IMG/VR virus record: IMGVR_UViG_3300032248_000714 | Location: 1-33,969 of that record | Strand: one strand, 5' to 3' | Length of the DNA: 33,969 nucleotides | Origin: a virus | Lineage: Duplodnaviria; Caudoviricetes | In this document: positions 10,159 through 20,900 of the stretch, piece after piece | Layout of the letters: every line of letters starts with the position of its first letter | Position numbering within the stretch: the stretch's first letter is position 1 | Notes under the pieces: model-generated | What the model was told of the DNA's origin: nothing | Database searches by the model: none | The model's input: the letters and a program-made list of their open reading frames with translations, nothing else | Position numbers and translations under genes: made by a program

Positions 10159-11328
10159 TTAATAATTAGACAGACCAATTATAACAGATGAAATGCTAAT
10201 ATTACCAGCAACTGTATATTGTTTTTCATTAGAGGGTCTAAAGTCTTTTCTATTAACATTTTGACCACCAGCTGTTATAGTGGAAATGTTAACCCCTCTA
10301 ATTAAATCTGAAGATAAAGTCATTTGTCTTTCTACTTCTTGAACAGAAACTGTATCCCCTATTGTCAAGGAGTTTAAATACCTTTTAACAAAGAGTGAAG
10401 CTTGGTTTTGTATTCCATTAACCATATTTTGAGAAGTTCCATAGGGAAGATTTATAGTTGCAGTAACAGAATACTCTACTGGTTCAGCTACTGTAACATT
10501 CATTCTTATTCCAACAGGCCTAATGCCAGATATAGCAGCTTGGACTACGGTTGGTATTTGATTGATTTGCCCCGGAACTTCCGGAACCACAATAATATCG
10601 CAGGAACCAAGGCCAAATGAAGCCTCCCTAATTCTAATATCCCTAACCCCTTTTACTGCTAAAGCAGCAAATCTTATAGCTTCTGCTGTACCAGTTCCTG
10701 TTACTTTAATTGCAGCTATTATTCTTCTTCTGTAATTGTCATCAGCTTCTGAATTTAATATTGGATATATTTCTTTAGGGTTAGTACAGAATACTAACAC
10801 TCCAGGTGGTGTTATAAAGTTGTGTTTAGTTAAAGAGCCAACCGAAGCAACATAATCATTTGATTGGAAGTTGGGCTCAACTATGCCATAGGCCTTTGTG
10901 ATACCGGCAATAATTACCACATCTTGAGAAACTTTATAGGAGTATTGCCCAGAAGAGAATGACCCAACATCATTATAGACCAATGTTCCTTTTGGTATTG
11001 TAACACTAGAAACATATGGTTTATCTAAGCTGAATTCCATATTTCCAGTAGTTCTTTCAAAGACTAGCTGATCAGCTAATGTTTTCCTTCTTACGTTATA
11101 GAGTTCCCCTAATAAATCTAAGGATCTGCCAGTTGCCGTAGAAAGGTTAGTCTGATTAATGGATTCTAGAAATGACTGATAAAGATAAAACATTTCAGTA
11201 CCAAAAGCTTCAGCAAAAGCTCTGGCTATTGAGCCAGGAGAAACAGCTGTTATACCAGCATTCTTTTGAAGGGCATCGAGTATTCTTACTACTATTTCAT
11301 CTTGAGATCTAGCGTTAATTGTCGGCAT
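10159..11328 (-). CDS. Baseplate J-like wedge protein (389 aa)
   Basis: PGSIARAFAEAF, STATGRSLDLLGELYNVRRK, EADDNYRRRI and GTAEAIRFAALAVKGV are typical Baseplate_J motifs. AGGAG RBS, and the start abuts the upstream stop. Confidence 0.9.
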   Translation of the reverse strand: MPTINARSQDEIVVRILDALQKNAGITAVSPGSIARAFAEAFGTEMFYLYQSFLESINQTNLSTATGRSLDLLGELYNVRRKTLADQLVFERTTGNMEFSLDKPYVSSVTIPKGTLVYNDVGSFSSGQYSYKVSQDVVIIAGITKAYGIVEPNFQSNDYVASVGSLTKHNFITPPGVLVFCTNPKEIYPILNSEADDNYRRRIIAAIKVTGTGTAEAIRFAALAVKGVRDIRIREASFGLGSCDIIVVPEVPGQINQIPTVVQAAISGIRPVGIRMNVTVAEPVEYSVTATINLPYGTSQNMVNGIQNQASLFVKRYLNSLTIGDTVSVQEVERQMTLSSDLIRGVNISTITAGGQNVNRKDFRPSNEKQYTVAGNISISSVIIGLSNY

Positions 11329-11709
11329 TTAAGCTCCTAGGTTTTGTTTAATACTTAAAGTAACTGGCTGATTAGCGCTAGTTAATACGTGAACATCAAA
11401 TCTTATTGTGTCTGGACCAGTTGGGACAGCCTCAATTGTAATATTCCTACCCTTAAATACGCCTTCTCTTTGAAGGGCGGTCTTTATTAATTGCTTTCCG
11501 TACTCTCCAGTTTGAGGAATTTGAGGCATTCCGTATAAAGTAGTAAGGTCAACACCTAGGGTTGGATAAGAAAAGAAGTCTCCGGGTTCAGTCATTAGTC
11601 TTATATACACTTGCTGAACGTCATTTTGCATGGTGTTATTTACCATTGCAATATCCTTATTACTACTTAAGGTAAGGTCTCCATTAACGGTTAAAAATAG
11701 GTCAGGCAC
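11329..11709 (-). CDS. gp25/XkdS-like baseplate wedge (sheath initiator) protein (126 aa, GTG start)
   Basis: GDL...DIAMV...QQVYIRLMTEPGDFFSYPTLGVDL pattern, plus its size and position immediately upstream of baseplate J. Confidence 0.8.
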   Translation of the reverse strand: MPDLFLTVNGDLTLSSNKDIAMVNNTMQNDVQQVYIRLMTEPGDFFSYPTLGVDLTTLYGMPQIPQTGEYGKQLIKTALQREGVFKGRNITIEAVPTGPDTIRFDVHVLTSANQPVTLSIKQNLGA

Positions 11710-12361
11710 CTTTGTCCCTCATCGTCTTTTCTCTAGCTTGACTAAACGTATATCCAGCTTCTAGCAATTGTTTCATATAATTAATCTTTTCCTGAGAATT
11801 GGTTAAGGCGTATTCTTTTAGTAGATTCATATCTTCTTGACCAATAGAAGAAACGGGAGTTCTAACTATAGTAGTTTCATCTTTGCTGGAATTCTGCCTA
11901 AAGCCATAGTCTCCATTTATAGTAACTATATTATTGCTGGAATTATCCAACTCATCTAATTCGTCTAAATTAGTCAGATAATGATTTGCATAATTAAAGC
12001 CTGAATTAATCTCTTTCTCATTTAACTTGACCAAAGCTGGCTCATTATATGTATCTCCGGCGTAATTAAATGACATATTATTCCATCTAAATCCATTGTC
12101 TTCTTTACTGTGTATTTTTACCACATCAGCAAAAAGTGATATCGTACCAGTAACCGGACTAATGATAATGCCAATTTGCTCTCCAGCAAATATCTCTATT
12201 TCTCCCTTATCATTTAATTTAATAAATGAAGAAGTATCAGGGTGAGTAAGGCCAACTTCTCTTCTGGAAAAGTTGCCCCTATTTTCCAACTCAGCTGCTT
12301 CATCAAAATGATTATTATTCTGTGTTTCAGCATTGTTGTTTAGGGAAGTGTTTTTTTTCAT
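11702..12361 (-). CDS. Hypothetical baseplate protein, possibly spike-related (219 aa)
   Basis: Short beta-strand-like segment (EVGLTHPDTSSFIKLNDKGEIEIFAG) reminiscent of spike C-terminal regions. It lies between the OB-fold spike-like gene and the gp25-like gene. Confidence 0.5.
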   Translation of the reverse strand: MKKNTSLNNNAETQNNNHFDEAAELENRGNFSRREVGLTHPDTSSFIKLNDKGEIEIFAGEQIGIIISPVTGTISLFADVVKIHSKEDNGFRWNNMSFNYAGDTYNEPALVKLNEKEINSGFNYANHYLTNLDELDELDNSSNNIVTINGDYGFRQNSSKDETTIVRTPVSSIGQEDMNLLKEYALTNSQEKINYMKQLLEAGYTFSQAREKTMRDKGA

Positions 12362-12362
12362 A

Positions 12363-12725
12363 TTAAATTAAAAACCTTGGTATTCCATTATTTGCTATAC
12401 TCGAGTTAGTAGCTCTGCCATTATATGTATCGCTTAAAAAAGTTATGACATGAGGCAGTCTTTCGTTTTCGTCCCTAAAGCCTATCACACATCTATCCCC
12501 AGGTTCTGGTGCTACTGATTGAAGTCCGTATATTGTTGGGCAGGGGACATCTTTAATTATATTACCAACTGTATTTGAATAGTTTGACTCCAATATTATT
12601 ACAGCTGTATTTTTTATCCTGTCATAATTAGCAACAGTGCCCACACGCGTCTTAGATTTTTGCATGTGTGTCGTGGATATTTGGTCATTAATTTTTTGAT
12701 CAAACTTAGGATATATTTGAGCCAT
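12363..12725 (-). CDS. Baseplate spike (gpV/gp5-like) OB-fold protein (120 aa)
   Basis: RVGTVANYD...TAVI...IKDVPCP...PEPGDRCVIGF resembles the gpV/gp5 N-terminal OB fold. AAGGA RBS at about 12734..12738. Confidence 0.7.
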   Translation of the reverse strand: MAQIYPKFDQKINDQISTTHMQKSKTRVGTVANYDRIKNTAVIILESNYSNTVGNIIKDVPCPTIYGLQSVAPEPGDRCVIGFRDENERLPHVITFLSDTYNGRATNSSIANNGIPRFLI

Positions 12726-12745
12726 TGGTTTCTTCCTTTATATAA

Positions 12746-12761
12746 AAATTAATATTAATTT
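12746..12761. promoter_or_regulatory. Perfect 16-bp AT-only palindrome in the largest intergenic gap
   Basis: AAATTAATATTAATTT equals its own reverse complement and lies in the 43-bp gap 12726..12768. Function unknown. Confidence 0.3.
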
Positions 12762-12768
12762 ATTCATC

Positions 12769-13839
12769 TTAAGATCCAGTAGTTGTACTAGTAGCTGACG
12801 ATGATTTTTCGGTATCGATGGTTCCGTCAATATTAAACACTGTACCCTGTAACCATCTATCTAAAAATTCTTTAGTGGACCTAGCATTTTTATCCATATG
12901 ACCAGGTTTTTTTACCCATTTAACTAAATCTTCTCTTGTTTTTCCGGGATTATTAGTTACATAAAAATTAACAGCGGTTTGAAATTTAAGTTCCCTTAGC
13001 CAACCAGTGGGTGGTCTTATATTTGGATCGTAAGGATCGCCAACTTTCCCTTGTGTTGTAGGATATTCTCCCCAATTCCAAAACATCCAACCATCCGTTT
13101 TTTGAGTTGTCATTATTTTAGCTGTATAAATTTGAGTTATTGCATTCCAAAGTCTTGGGTCTGAATGAACCTTACCCGTCATTGCCTTATTGGGTTCTGC
13201 GGCAAACCATTTTTTCATCTGAACTTTAGCCGTAGCAGCATTCTTAGTTCCGTTTGCAACATAGTCTTTATCAACTAATTGATAACCTTTGATCTTTTGT
13301 GTAATGACTTTTCCATTTTCTATAGACGCAACTGTTATGTCACCATCCAAATAAAGAGGTGATCCTATGAAATTAAATTGCCACAATCCAACGGAATAAT
13401 CTTCAGTGCCCGGTGGTGTTTCGCTAGATGAGTTTACGCGTCCGTTAAATGAACCAGGACTATAATTACTTTCTCTTTCTGCAATACACATTAGTATTGC
13501 CGCACCTTCGGGTGAATAACCACCATAATTTATCAAGGCTTTGTAAAGTGCGTTAGTATTTTTAATAGCACCAGTTTTAGTGGCAAAACTTTGGCCTAAT
13601 TCAGTTAGGTCATCTGCAGAGCCAGCAGGTGCTGCGCCAGATGTAGTATCAGTTTGTGAGCCATCGCCACCAGATGCAATCAACCAACTTTCATATGTTC
13701 CCGCTCTAGTAGGACCAAAGGAAACATGTATATGTCCAGCGTGGTTTGCATCGCAAGTAAAATTAACTTTAGTTAAATTTGGATATTTTTTAAATAATAT
13801 TCCAGCATTAGTTATTACTGTGCCATCTGCATCTTTTCC
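12769..13839 (-). CDS. C-terminal part (356 aa) of a tail lysin: HxH half of a Zn peptidase plus an SLT/lysozyme-like lytic transglycosylase
   Basis: HAGHIHVSF at 13743..13717; IAERESNY (putative catalytic Glu 13473..13471) followed by YSVGLWQFN. In frame with the GGA at 13839..13837. Confidence 0.8.
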   Translation of the reverse strand, partial: GKDADGTVITNAGILFKKYPNLTKVNFTCDANHAGHIHVSFGPTRAGTYESWLIASGGDGSQTDTTSGAAPAGSADDLTELGQSFATKTGAIKNTNALYKALINYGGYSPEGAAILMCIAERESNYSPGSFNGRVNSSSETPPGTEDYSVGLWQFNFIGSPLYLDGDITVASIENGKVITQKIKGYQLVDKDYVANGTKNAATAKVQMKKWFAAEPNKAMTGKVHSDPRLWNAITQIYTAKIMTTQKTDGWMFWNWGEYPTTQGKVGDPYDPNIRPPTGWLRELKFQTAVNFYVTNNPGKTREDLVKWVKKPGHMDKNARSTKEFLDRWLQGTVFNIDGTIDTEKSSSATSTTTGS

Positions 13840-14950
13840 GTTTATTTCCAACAAAACGAGATTCAAACCCTTGTCCAATACCATATTCCGTTTCAAGAGC
13901 TGGGTGTATAACAATTAAATCTGGTTGTAAGTACTCTGGCATGTTGTTTAACTGAGTTAGCAATATATCTAATGCAACTTTATAATTATCTAAACTTGTG
14001 GCAACGTTGACCGCATCCTTAGATGTATTGCCAACAATCTCTATATCTATTCCTCTGCCAAAAGTGTGATCACTAATTCCGCTTTTATCTGTTAAGGGTT
14101 TAAGATTACCTGCTTTAAAATATCTAGATACTCCCACTCCTCCTTTTAGGTAAATTTTATCACCCAATTGAAGTAGCATTTCTATTAGGCTAGCTCCAAG
14201 GTATGCGGTTTTTCCGGCTTCTTTAGACCAATCTTTAGTTGTATCTAATTTAGGAGCATTTCTTTCTTCGTATGAATTTGTTTCATAAATAGTCCAGCCA
14301 GACTGAATAGATTCAGTTCCATCTGTTTTAAATTTCCAAATAGCAAAAGCAAAATCTTCTATTATATTTAATGATAATAATTTTTTTATTTGTGATTCAT
14401 AAATTGCCGCTTCTTCGGGAAGCATGTCCTGCTTAAATGCAACTAATCTTGATCCCATTGTGGCTTTAGTTGTATCTACACTATAAGTTACATCAGAATG
14501 CCCACCTGGACTAGTGTCCGGATCTGTAGATGCTGCTAATGTTCCTATGTAATCTGGAAGTCCAAAAGATAAAGATGCTTGCCCTAAAGATCCAGAAGCA
14601 ACTATTTGATGAAATGCACTAGCACCTTGTAGATAATCTCCAGAGTTGGGAGAGTTTGGATCTTGTATCTTCATTGAAGCAGAGTCGTTTGATCCAGCTA
14701 ATAATATAGAATTAACGGAAGACTCAGTAGTTTTTTGACTAACTTGTAATCCAAAATTAGGACTTCTATACAAGGCGTCTCCGGCTAAAACACTTTGCAG
14801 ATCTCTCTGCGTTAAAGTTCTATTTGCATCACCGTATTGAGAATAAGATGTTTTAAGAGGTTCAGCGCCAGCATAAAGAGCATCTGAAGTTTTTTGTGCC
14901 ATCGCAGAAGAGCTAGATAGATCATCTACGGTAAAATTAAAATCACTCAT
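13808..14950 (-). CDS. N-terminal part (370 aa before the shift) of a ~726-aa tail lysin carrying the H-x6-D half of an M15-like Zn peptidase
   Basis: SDHTFGRGID at 14074..14045; AAGGA RBS overlapping the upstream stop. After the in-frame CGG the ORF ends in a short atypical tail (RKRCRWHSNN). Confidence 0.8.
   Translation of the reverse strand: MSDFNFTVDDLSSSSAMAQKTSDALYAGAEPLKTSYSQYGDANRTLTQRDLQSVLAGDALYRSPNFGLQVSQKTTESSVNSILLAGSNDSASMKIQDPNSPNSGDYLQGASAFHQIVASGSLGQASLSFGLPDYIGTLAASTDPDTSPGGHSDVTYSVDTTKATMGSRLVAFKQDMLPEEAAIYESQIKKLLSLNIIEDFAFAIWKFKTDGTESIQSGWTIYETNSYEERNAPKLDTTKDWSKEAGKTAYLGASLIEMLLQLGDKIYLKGGVGVSRYFKAGNLKPLTDKSGISDHTFGRGIDIEIVGNTSKDAVNVATSLDNYKVALDILLTQLNNMPEYLQPDLIVIHPALETEYGIGQGFESRFVGNKRKRCRWHSNN
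13837..13840 (-). other. +1 frameshift site 2 (AAA CGG A)
   Basis: The 0 frame reads GGA AAT AAA CGG AAA AGA TGC...TAA and the +1 frame reads GGA AAA GAT GCA GAT GGC ACA. The shift joins the two halves of one Zn-binding site. Confidence 0.8.
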
Positions 14951-14960
14951 ATATTATCCT

Positions 14961-17900
14961 TTAATTTCGATTCACAGTTACAGCTCTAGGTATAGCCGCC
15001 ATCTCGTTAGATGTTATTACTGATGGTTTTTCCATTAACAATCCCTTAGTGTCCACATTTGCTAAGCCCTTAAGTACTAGTTCATAGTTTAGCGTTGCCG
15101 GAGTTCCATCGTCATAGTATTCGTCCCATTCTATATTTGGCCAATCTGAAACTTTATCATATATAAATTCTAAAATTTTCATATATACATAATCTGAATA
15201 AAGTTTTTTTCTTTTAGCCGACATACCGCTTAAACCAGGATTATTAACCTGCGTTAAATAATTTGTTTTATTTACACCTTGTATATATTTTAATATTTCG
15301 TTAAATCTAGTAACAAACACTTCATTATTGAATGTATTAGCTAATACATTCTTTCCAATAGGTGGATTATTTAATGCCGATAGATCTGGGGCTGAGGTCA
15401 TATCTGCTTGTGAGGTATTTAAATTAGACGTAAATAAATCAGTAGCTTTTGTTATAATTGCGTCAACTATGTTTTGGGGAGCTTTATAGAATATAGTTCC
15501 TATAGTTCTTCCGTATACATCTTTGTCATAAGAGAATGCTTTATTCTTACTTGATCCTGAATCAAAATCTTTATCAGTAAAAATTGCTGTTATTTGTTTT
15601 GAATCAGGAGAGACTCTTAAAATAATTATCTTATCCTTTAAGGCTTGTTGCGTAAATAATGTAGCAGCTCCTCCTGGAGATTTTGGATTTATAATTTGTA
15701 TTTCAGAAGAATATATATTTACAATTCCTTCTATATTTCTTTCAACTATATTATTTAGGTAAGTTGTACCCGTAAAACTTTTTGCTGTAGTATTGATACT
15801 GGATATTTTAATTGATAAATCTGAAATTGATTTATCTGCAAATTGTATAATTACATTATCATCTACATTATAATTAACAACTTCAGTTTTTATTGTTATT
15901 TGTTTATTTAATACTGATACCGATTTCATTTTAACATTAGAAGTAGGGTTGCTTGCTATGTCTGCCTTAACTATGTTTAATTCGGGAGTGTTAATACCTG
16001 AAAAACGAACTTTAATTGTTTTAGGCTTACCCGTTGTGGCGTCTACTTTTGTGTCAAATATATCTATGACTTCTATTGTGTCACCGTCGGTTATGCTGTC
16101 AACTTTACATATAATTTTAAAGAATTGATTTAATCCAGCTTTTTCTGGACCAGAGCCAGCAAATTTTAATAACTGTGTATTAACTACTGCATTCTCTAAA
16201 CTTATATATCTAGTTAAATCTGTAATTTGTTTTTCTTTCCAGCCAAGATTTTTTAGAAGATCGTCTGTTCTAATATAGTCAAAACCTTGATCTGTTTTTA
16301 CCTTAGTACTTACCCCCAAGATACCTGGAAGTAGTTTTTTGGTAGCATATCTTCCAACAACCATGCCTTGACCTGCTTGAGATAAACCAGCATCCATGGG
16401 TTGTCCATTTCTATTTAGATATTGAATATAGCAACCGTGTTGATCTAGGACATTATCTCTAATCCAACTCCAACCCTTCCATGCTAAATTACCACCTACT
16501 GAACCACCTAATCCTATTATTCCAGCCCCGACTATTGAAGCAACTGCTACTCCGGGTATAGCCATAGCTCCTATAGCTGCTGCCGCTGCACCAAGTCCTG
16601 TTGCTCCAGCAAACATTGCACCTATTCCCCCTACACTTACCTGTCCATTAAGACCATTTTGTGCTACTTGTGCTTTTACTTGATCTTTAATGTCCGTATA
16701 GCCAACAGATGCGTAATGAGCCATTATGTCTTTAGCAAGTGCTGTTGAACCATGAGTGTACTGTATGCTTCCAACCATTTGCGCATCAAGTGAAGTTGAC
16801 AATCCGTCAACACTAACTTGACCAGAAGCTGTTACTCCAGAACCTAAAGAATTCATGTACAATCTAGTGTCATTTCTTAAAGCTTGCATATGCATCCAAG
16901 ACCCTAGCCATGAAGACATGAACCATTTAGATGGATCGTTTACTGTCACAAGTGCATTAGGTGTTATTGAGGTGACAAAACCAAGATCAGAAGTAAAGTG
17001 ATGTACTACTTGTTCTACTTCAAATAGCCCGTACATTCTTTCATAAACGTCAGCTAAATAAACTAGATCATGAGGTCTTATGTCGGCATTTCCTATTACT
17101 AAAATTTCCCCATTATAAATATCTTTTAATGATTCTTTAAGATGAGATAATGCAACTCTTTTAGCTAGAAGTTCATCAGGAGTACCTTGCGCTACTTTAG
17201 ATATACCTCTAGCAAACTCAAAAGGATGCAAGATTGGTTGAAGACCTCCAAATAGTCCTGACCCAGTTGCGTTGTCATAGTATATTCCTGTTTCAACAGT
17301 TTTTTCAACTTGTCTTTCAGCCGGCGTTGATTTATCCATTGCTACAGTAACTGGGTATTTTCCATCTGATACTGCAGTTACCTGAGTTGCTACTCCACTA
17401 ATGTTTTCTTGTATTCCATTAGAAATAATATGAGAGAAAGAACTTAAGTAATGGACTCTCTGGAAAGGCTCTCTAATTTCGACTACAGGCTCTCCATATT
17501 CTCTAGTGAAAGGATTATCTACAGCTCTTAGAAGAGAACCTGGTCTTCCTAACGTATAGTAGATTGAGTCATTTAGAGCTTTATTTAATATATTTGCCTG
17601 CTTAGACATTTGCCCTACTTGAGACAAGCCGTAGCCCAATTGCATCATCGACATTCTATAAAGATTCATCAATCCAGATAGACTGTCTCCAAGGGCGGTA
17701 AATAAAGGACCAATATTTCTATCCCAGAATCCACCAACATCTTGCCCCATAGCTTGCATGAAGTTAGTTGCGCCACTTCCTTCGCTAGCATTTTGTGAAA
17801 GGAATTTTAAAAACTTTTCTTTCTTTTTAGCAAAGTCTTCTGTTGGATCTATATATGCTTGGAATGCTTTTAGAACAGGGCCGAAATCCCACTGATCACT

Positions 17901-20900
17901 TCCTGATAATTTTCTGTTAGGTTTTAACACAAGCCAGGCTCTAGCATAAGGATTGATCCAAAGTGCTGCTCTAAATGCTCCAACCATAGTTAAGAATAAT
18001 TGCTTAGGACTTTCAATATATGCTAAGTAATCTCCAATCTGTTGATCATCTTTTCCTGAATCTTTTAATCCCTGTGCAATTATATCTGTAATTCCATTTA
18101 CTTTTTGCATAGTTAGTGTATTAAAATAGTCAATTAATCCACTATTTTCTTTATTGGCATCGATAAAATTAACTCTAGATAATTCAATACCCTGCTTTAC
18201 TCTGTCTCCACTTATTCCGGTTAAGCCTCGTGCTGCGTCCGCTTGTGGAATTGTTTGTGAATTTAAAAATTCCGTTCCAAATACAGACGTAAATTCATCA
18301 CTAGCAGTTCCCAAAACACCAGATGTTCCAAATTTTTGAAATGGTCCATCATCTTTATTTAACTTATATCTAGCTGCAGCCTTTTCATACGCATCAGGGC
18401 TTAATGCCTCGTTCAATCTTCTTACTTCTGCGGCGCTACTTGGTACGCTACCTGTGCGTGTTCCAAATCCGGTAGATATAGATTTACCAATTGCACCCAA
18501 CTCAGCTAATGGAGTTATATCATCTGGATCTAATCCATATATTTTTTGAAATGAATCTTTAACACTTACGTATTCGTGATAACCCATTCTAAATTGATCC
18601 CAAATGTCAGAAGCTTGTTGTAGGGTTCTTCCGTTTCCTGCTATAACATGAACTTGAGAATCAAATTCTTCATCATAAAGTTTTCTTGACTCCACTGAAA
18701 TCATGTCTGCTTCTGTGTAAATAGAAGTAAATCTATTTCTACCAGCTGCTGTTTTTTCGCTTCCAGTAGTACCTACTTCTGAATCAAGAATATCATAGAG
18801 AGCCTTTTTGGATATACCTTCATACTCACCAGCTTTTACTAGTTCAAAATAATCTTTACCAGTTGCACCACCTAAAACATTTCCACCCAATGATGCTTTA
18901 GCTGCTACTTCTGCCATACTTGATATTTTGGTTTTATCTACATCTATTTCCGCATAGTAATTTCCTTGATCTAGTGTTGATAATTTTGCAAATCTTCCAG
19001 CATTTTTTTTAGAAGTTCCTTGAAAATATCCAAATCCAATTAACTTTTCGGCCGATGAAGAAGTACTTAGTTTAAATTCACCTACTGGAGCTGTAAGATA
19101 GTTAACAACACCAAGAGGAATGGAGTCTGGAACAAATGCATAGTAACATTCGCGTGGAATTGGATATGGAGCTATACCAGCTTTAGCTAATCCCTTTATG
19201 GCATCTTCTGTCCCAGATCCCCATTCGCTATCACTCTTTGAGTTTTGCCCAATTGCCCAATATCCCTGTTCATCTAAACTTAAACTCATCATCCCCAAAA
19301 AGTACGCAGCGTCGGGAGATACAACTGCCTCTAATCTTTCTCTAGTCTCCAAACCTAAGTTATTGCCACGATGACCGGGCATTAGACCCTCAAGAGGATT
19401 TCCAACGAATGGAAGATGAGTTAGACCGAGGGTGGCTGCATCTGAGACTATAGAACCACCTGTCGATATAGTATCTTTCTCTGAGGAACTACCTGTTGGT
19501 GCAGGCGGTACACCTACTGTTTCCTCTCCCCACAGGAAATAAGCAGGCTTGCAAACAACTGCTTTTCCAGTAGTAGGACTGTATACTAAAACTTTTCTAT
19601 TCTTGTAATCATCAACACTTTCTCCAAAAGATTCATTTATATTATGCTGCTTTAATAACTCTACAGTTGAACCGGTAAGAGAATTATAAGGCCATCTCAT
19701 GGCAATATAAAACATTTCTTCTTCTGCGTTTTTTGGAGCACCCCATTCTTGCATGGATGCGGTATTAGCGTTTCCAGTTTTACCTGAAGATATTTGAGAT
19801 TGCACTAAAGTATATTCTGCAGCAAACTGTGTTTTATCTGAATTAGTTTTATCTGGATATGGCATTCTTATAATATTAGTAGAGCCAGAACTTTTTTTAA
19901 AAGAAAATAAATATTCTTCGGCTGCAATATCAGTAGAAGAAGGTGGCGCAGATGCAAAATTTAATTGCTGATTGAAATATATTGGTATAGACATTTCGTT
20001 AGCTGGATTACCGTTACCAACGTCCACAGTTTTAGCTGACGAAGAAAAGGTATTTTCTAATTTAAGAAGTTTAGTCCAACTCGTTGGCTCTTTTGCTCCG
20101 CCAACTCCATTTAATTCCCATCTATCTAAAGTTAAAGACATGTAATCTGCTTTGTGTCCGCTCCATTTACCTAGTTCACTACTTAAAGCGTAGTATGCGT
20201 AGTCTTCTAGAAGAATATTATCTTTTCTATCAGTAAAAAATGGAAATCTATATCTATATGGTAGTTGATCTATTTGTTGATGTTTAGCTAACTGTTCTTT
20301 GTAATTATCGGATTCAATCTCTATTCCATTTGTTATCGGCAAATGGAAACCTATTGTTGCGTATCCTGCGGAACTAGGAAGTTTTGCTATAATTTGTTTT
20401 TTATCGTTTAGATGTTCTGTATGTTGTTTTGCGCCAAAGGCTATTATTTTTCCATAAAGAGTATTATTTGGATCATTTGTTGGACCATATATATTATATT
20501 TACTTCCATCAACAAGATTTCCATCTACTAGTTGTTGAGTTGAAGCTATTGGTTTTTTTGATTCGGCGTAAGCGTTTGCGTCTGCAAATGGATTTGTGAC
20601 TTGATTTAATTTAGTCATAGTCTCCATTAATATGGTATCTGGGTCCACCGTTTTAGGATAGTCAATACCTAATGCTTGAGCTCTTTTATCTGATGGATAT
20701 CCTGTTGTAATTGGAACTACACCTGAAGTGTAAAGCCAATGAGGTTTTCCATAAAAAATTGTTGACCTATCTTCAAATGGTCTAATTGCTACAATATAGT
20801 TTGGCAAGAGTCTTGCGCATACTTGAAATAAATCCCAAACTGATTTCATATATGTTTGAGCTCTAAATGAAACTTCATCAAGACCAGGAAGATCATCGTC

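Noticed and set aside
13864-13872. GGGTTTG near site 2 as a lambda G/T-type -1 slippery heptamer
   Set aside because: The frame change required is +1 (or -2), not -1, and the heptamer is not phased X XXY YYZ in the upstream ORF.
13840-13914. TTG-started N-terminus (MLYTQLLKRNMV...) of ORF 12769..13914, which contains a CGG at 13890..13888
   Set aside because: It overlaps the upstream ORF, has no evident RBS and would leave the Zn site split. It is better explained as untranslated +1 frame upstream of the shift, so this CGG was not counted as translated.
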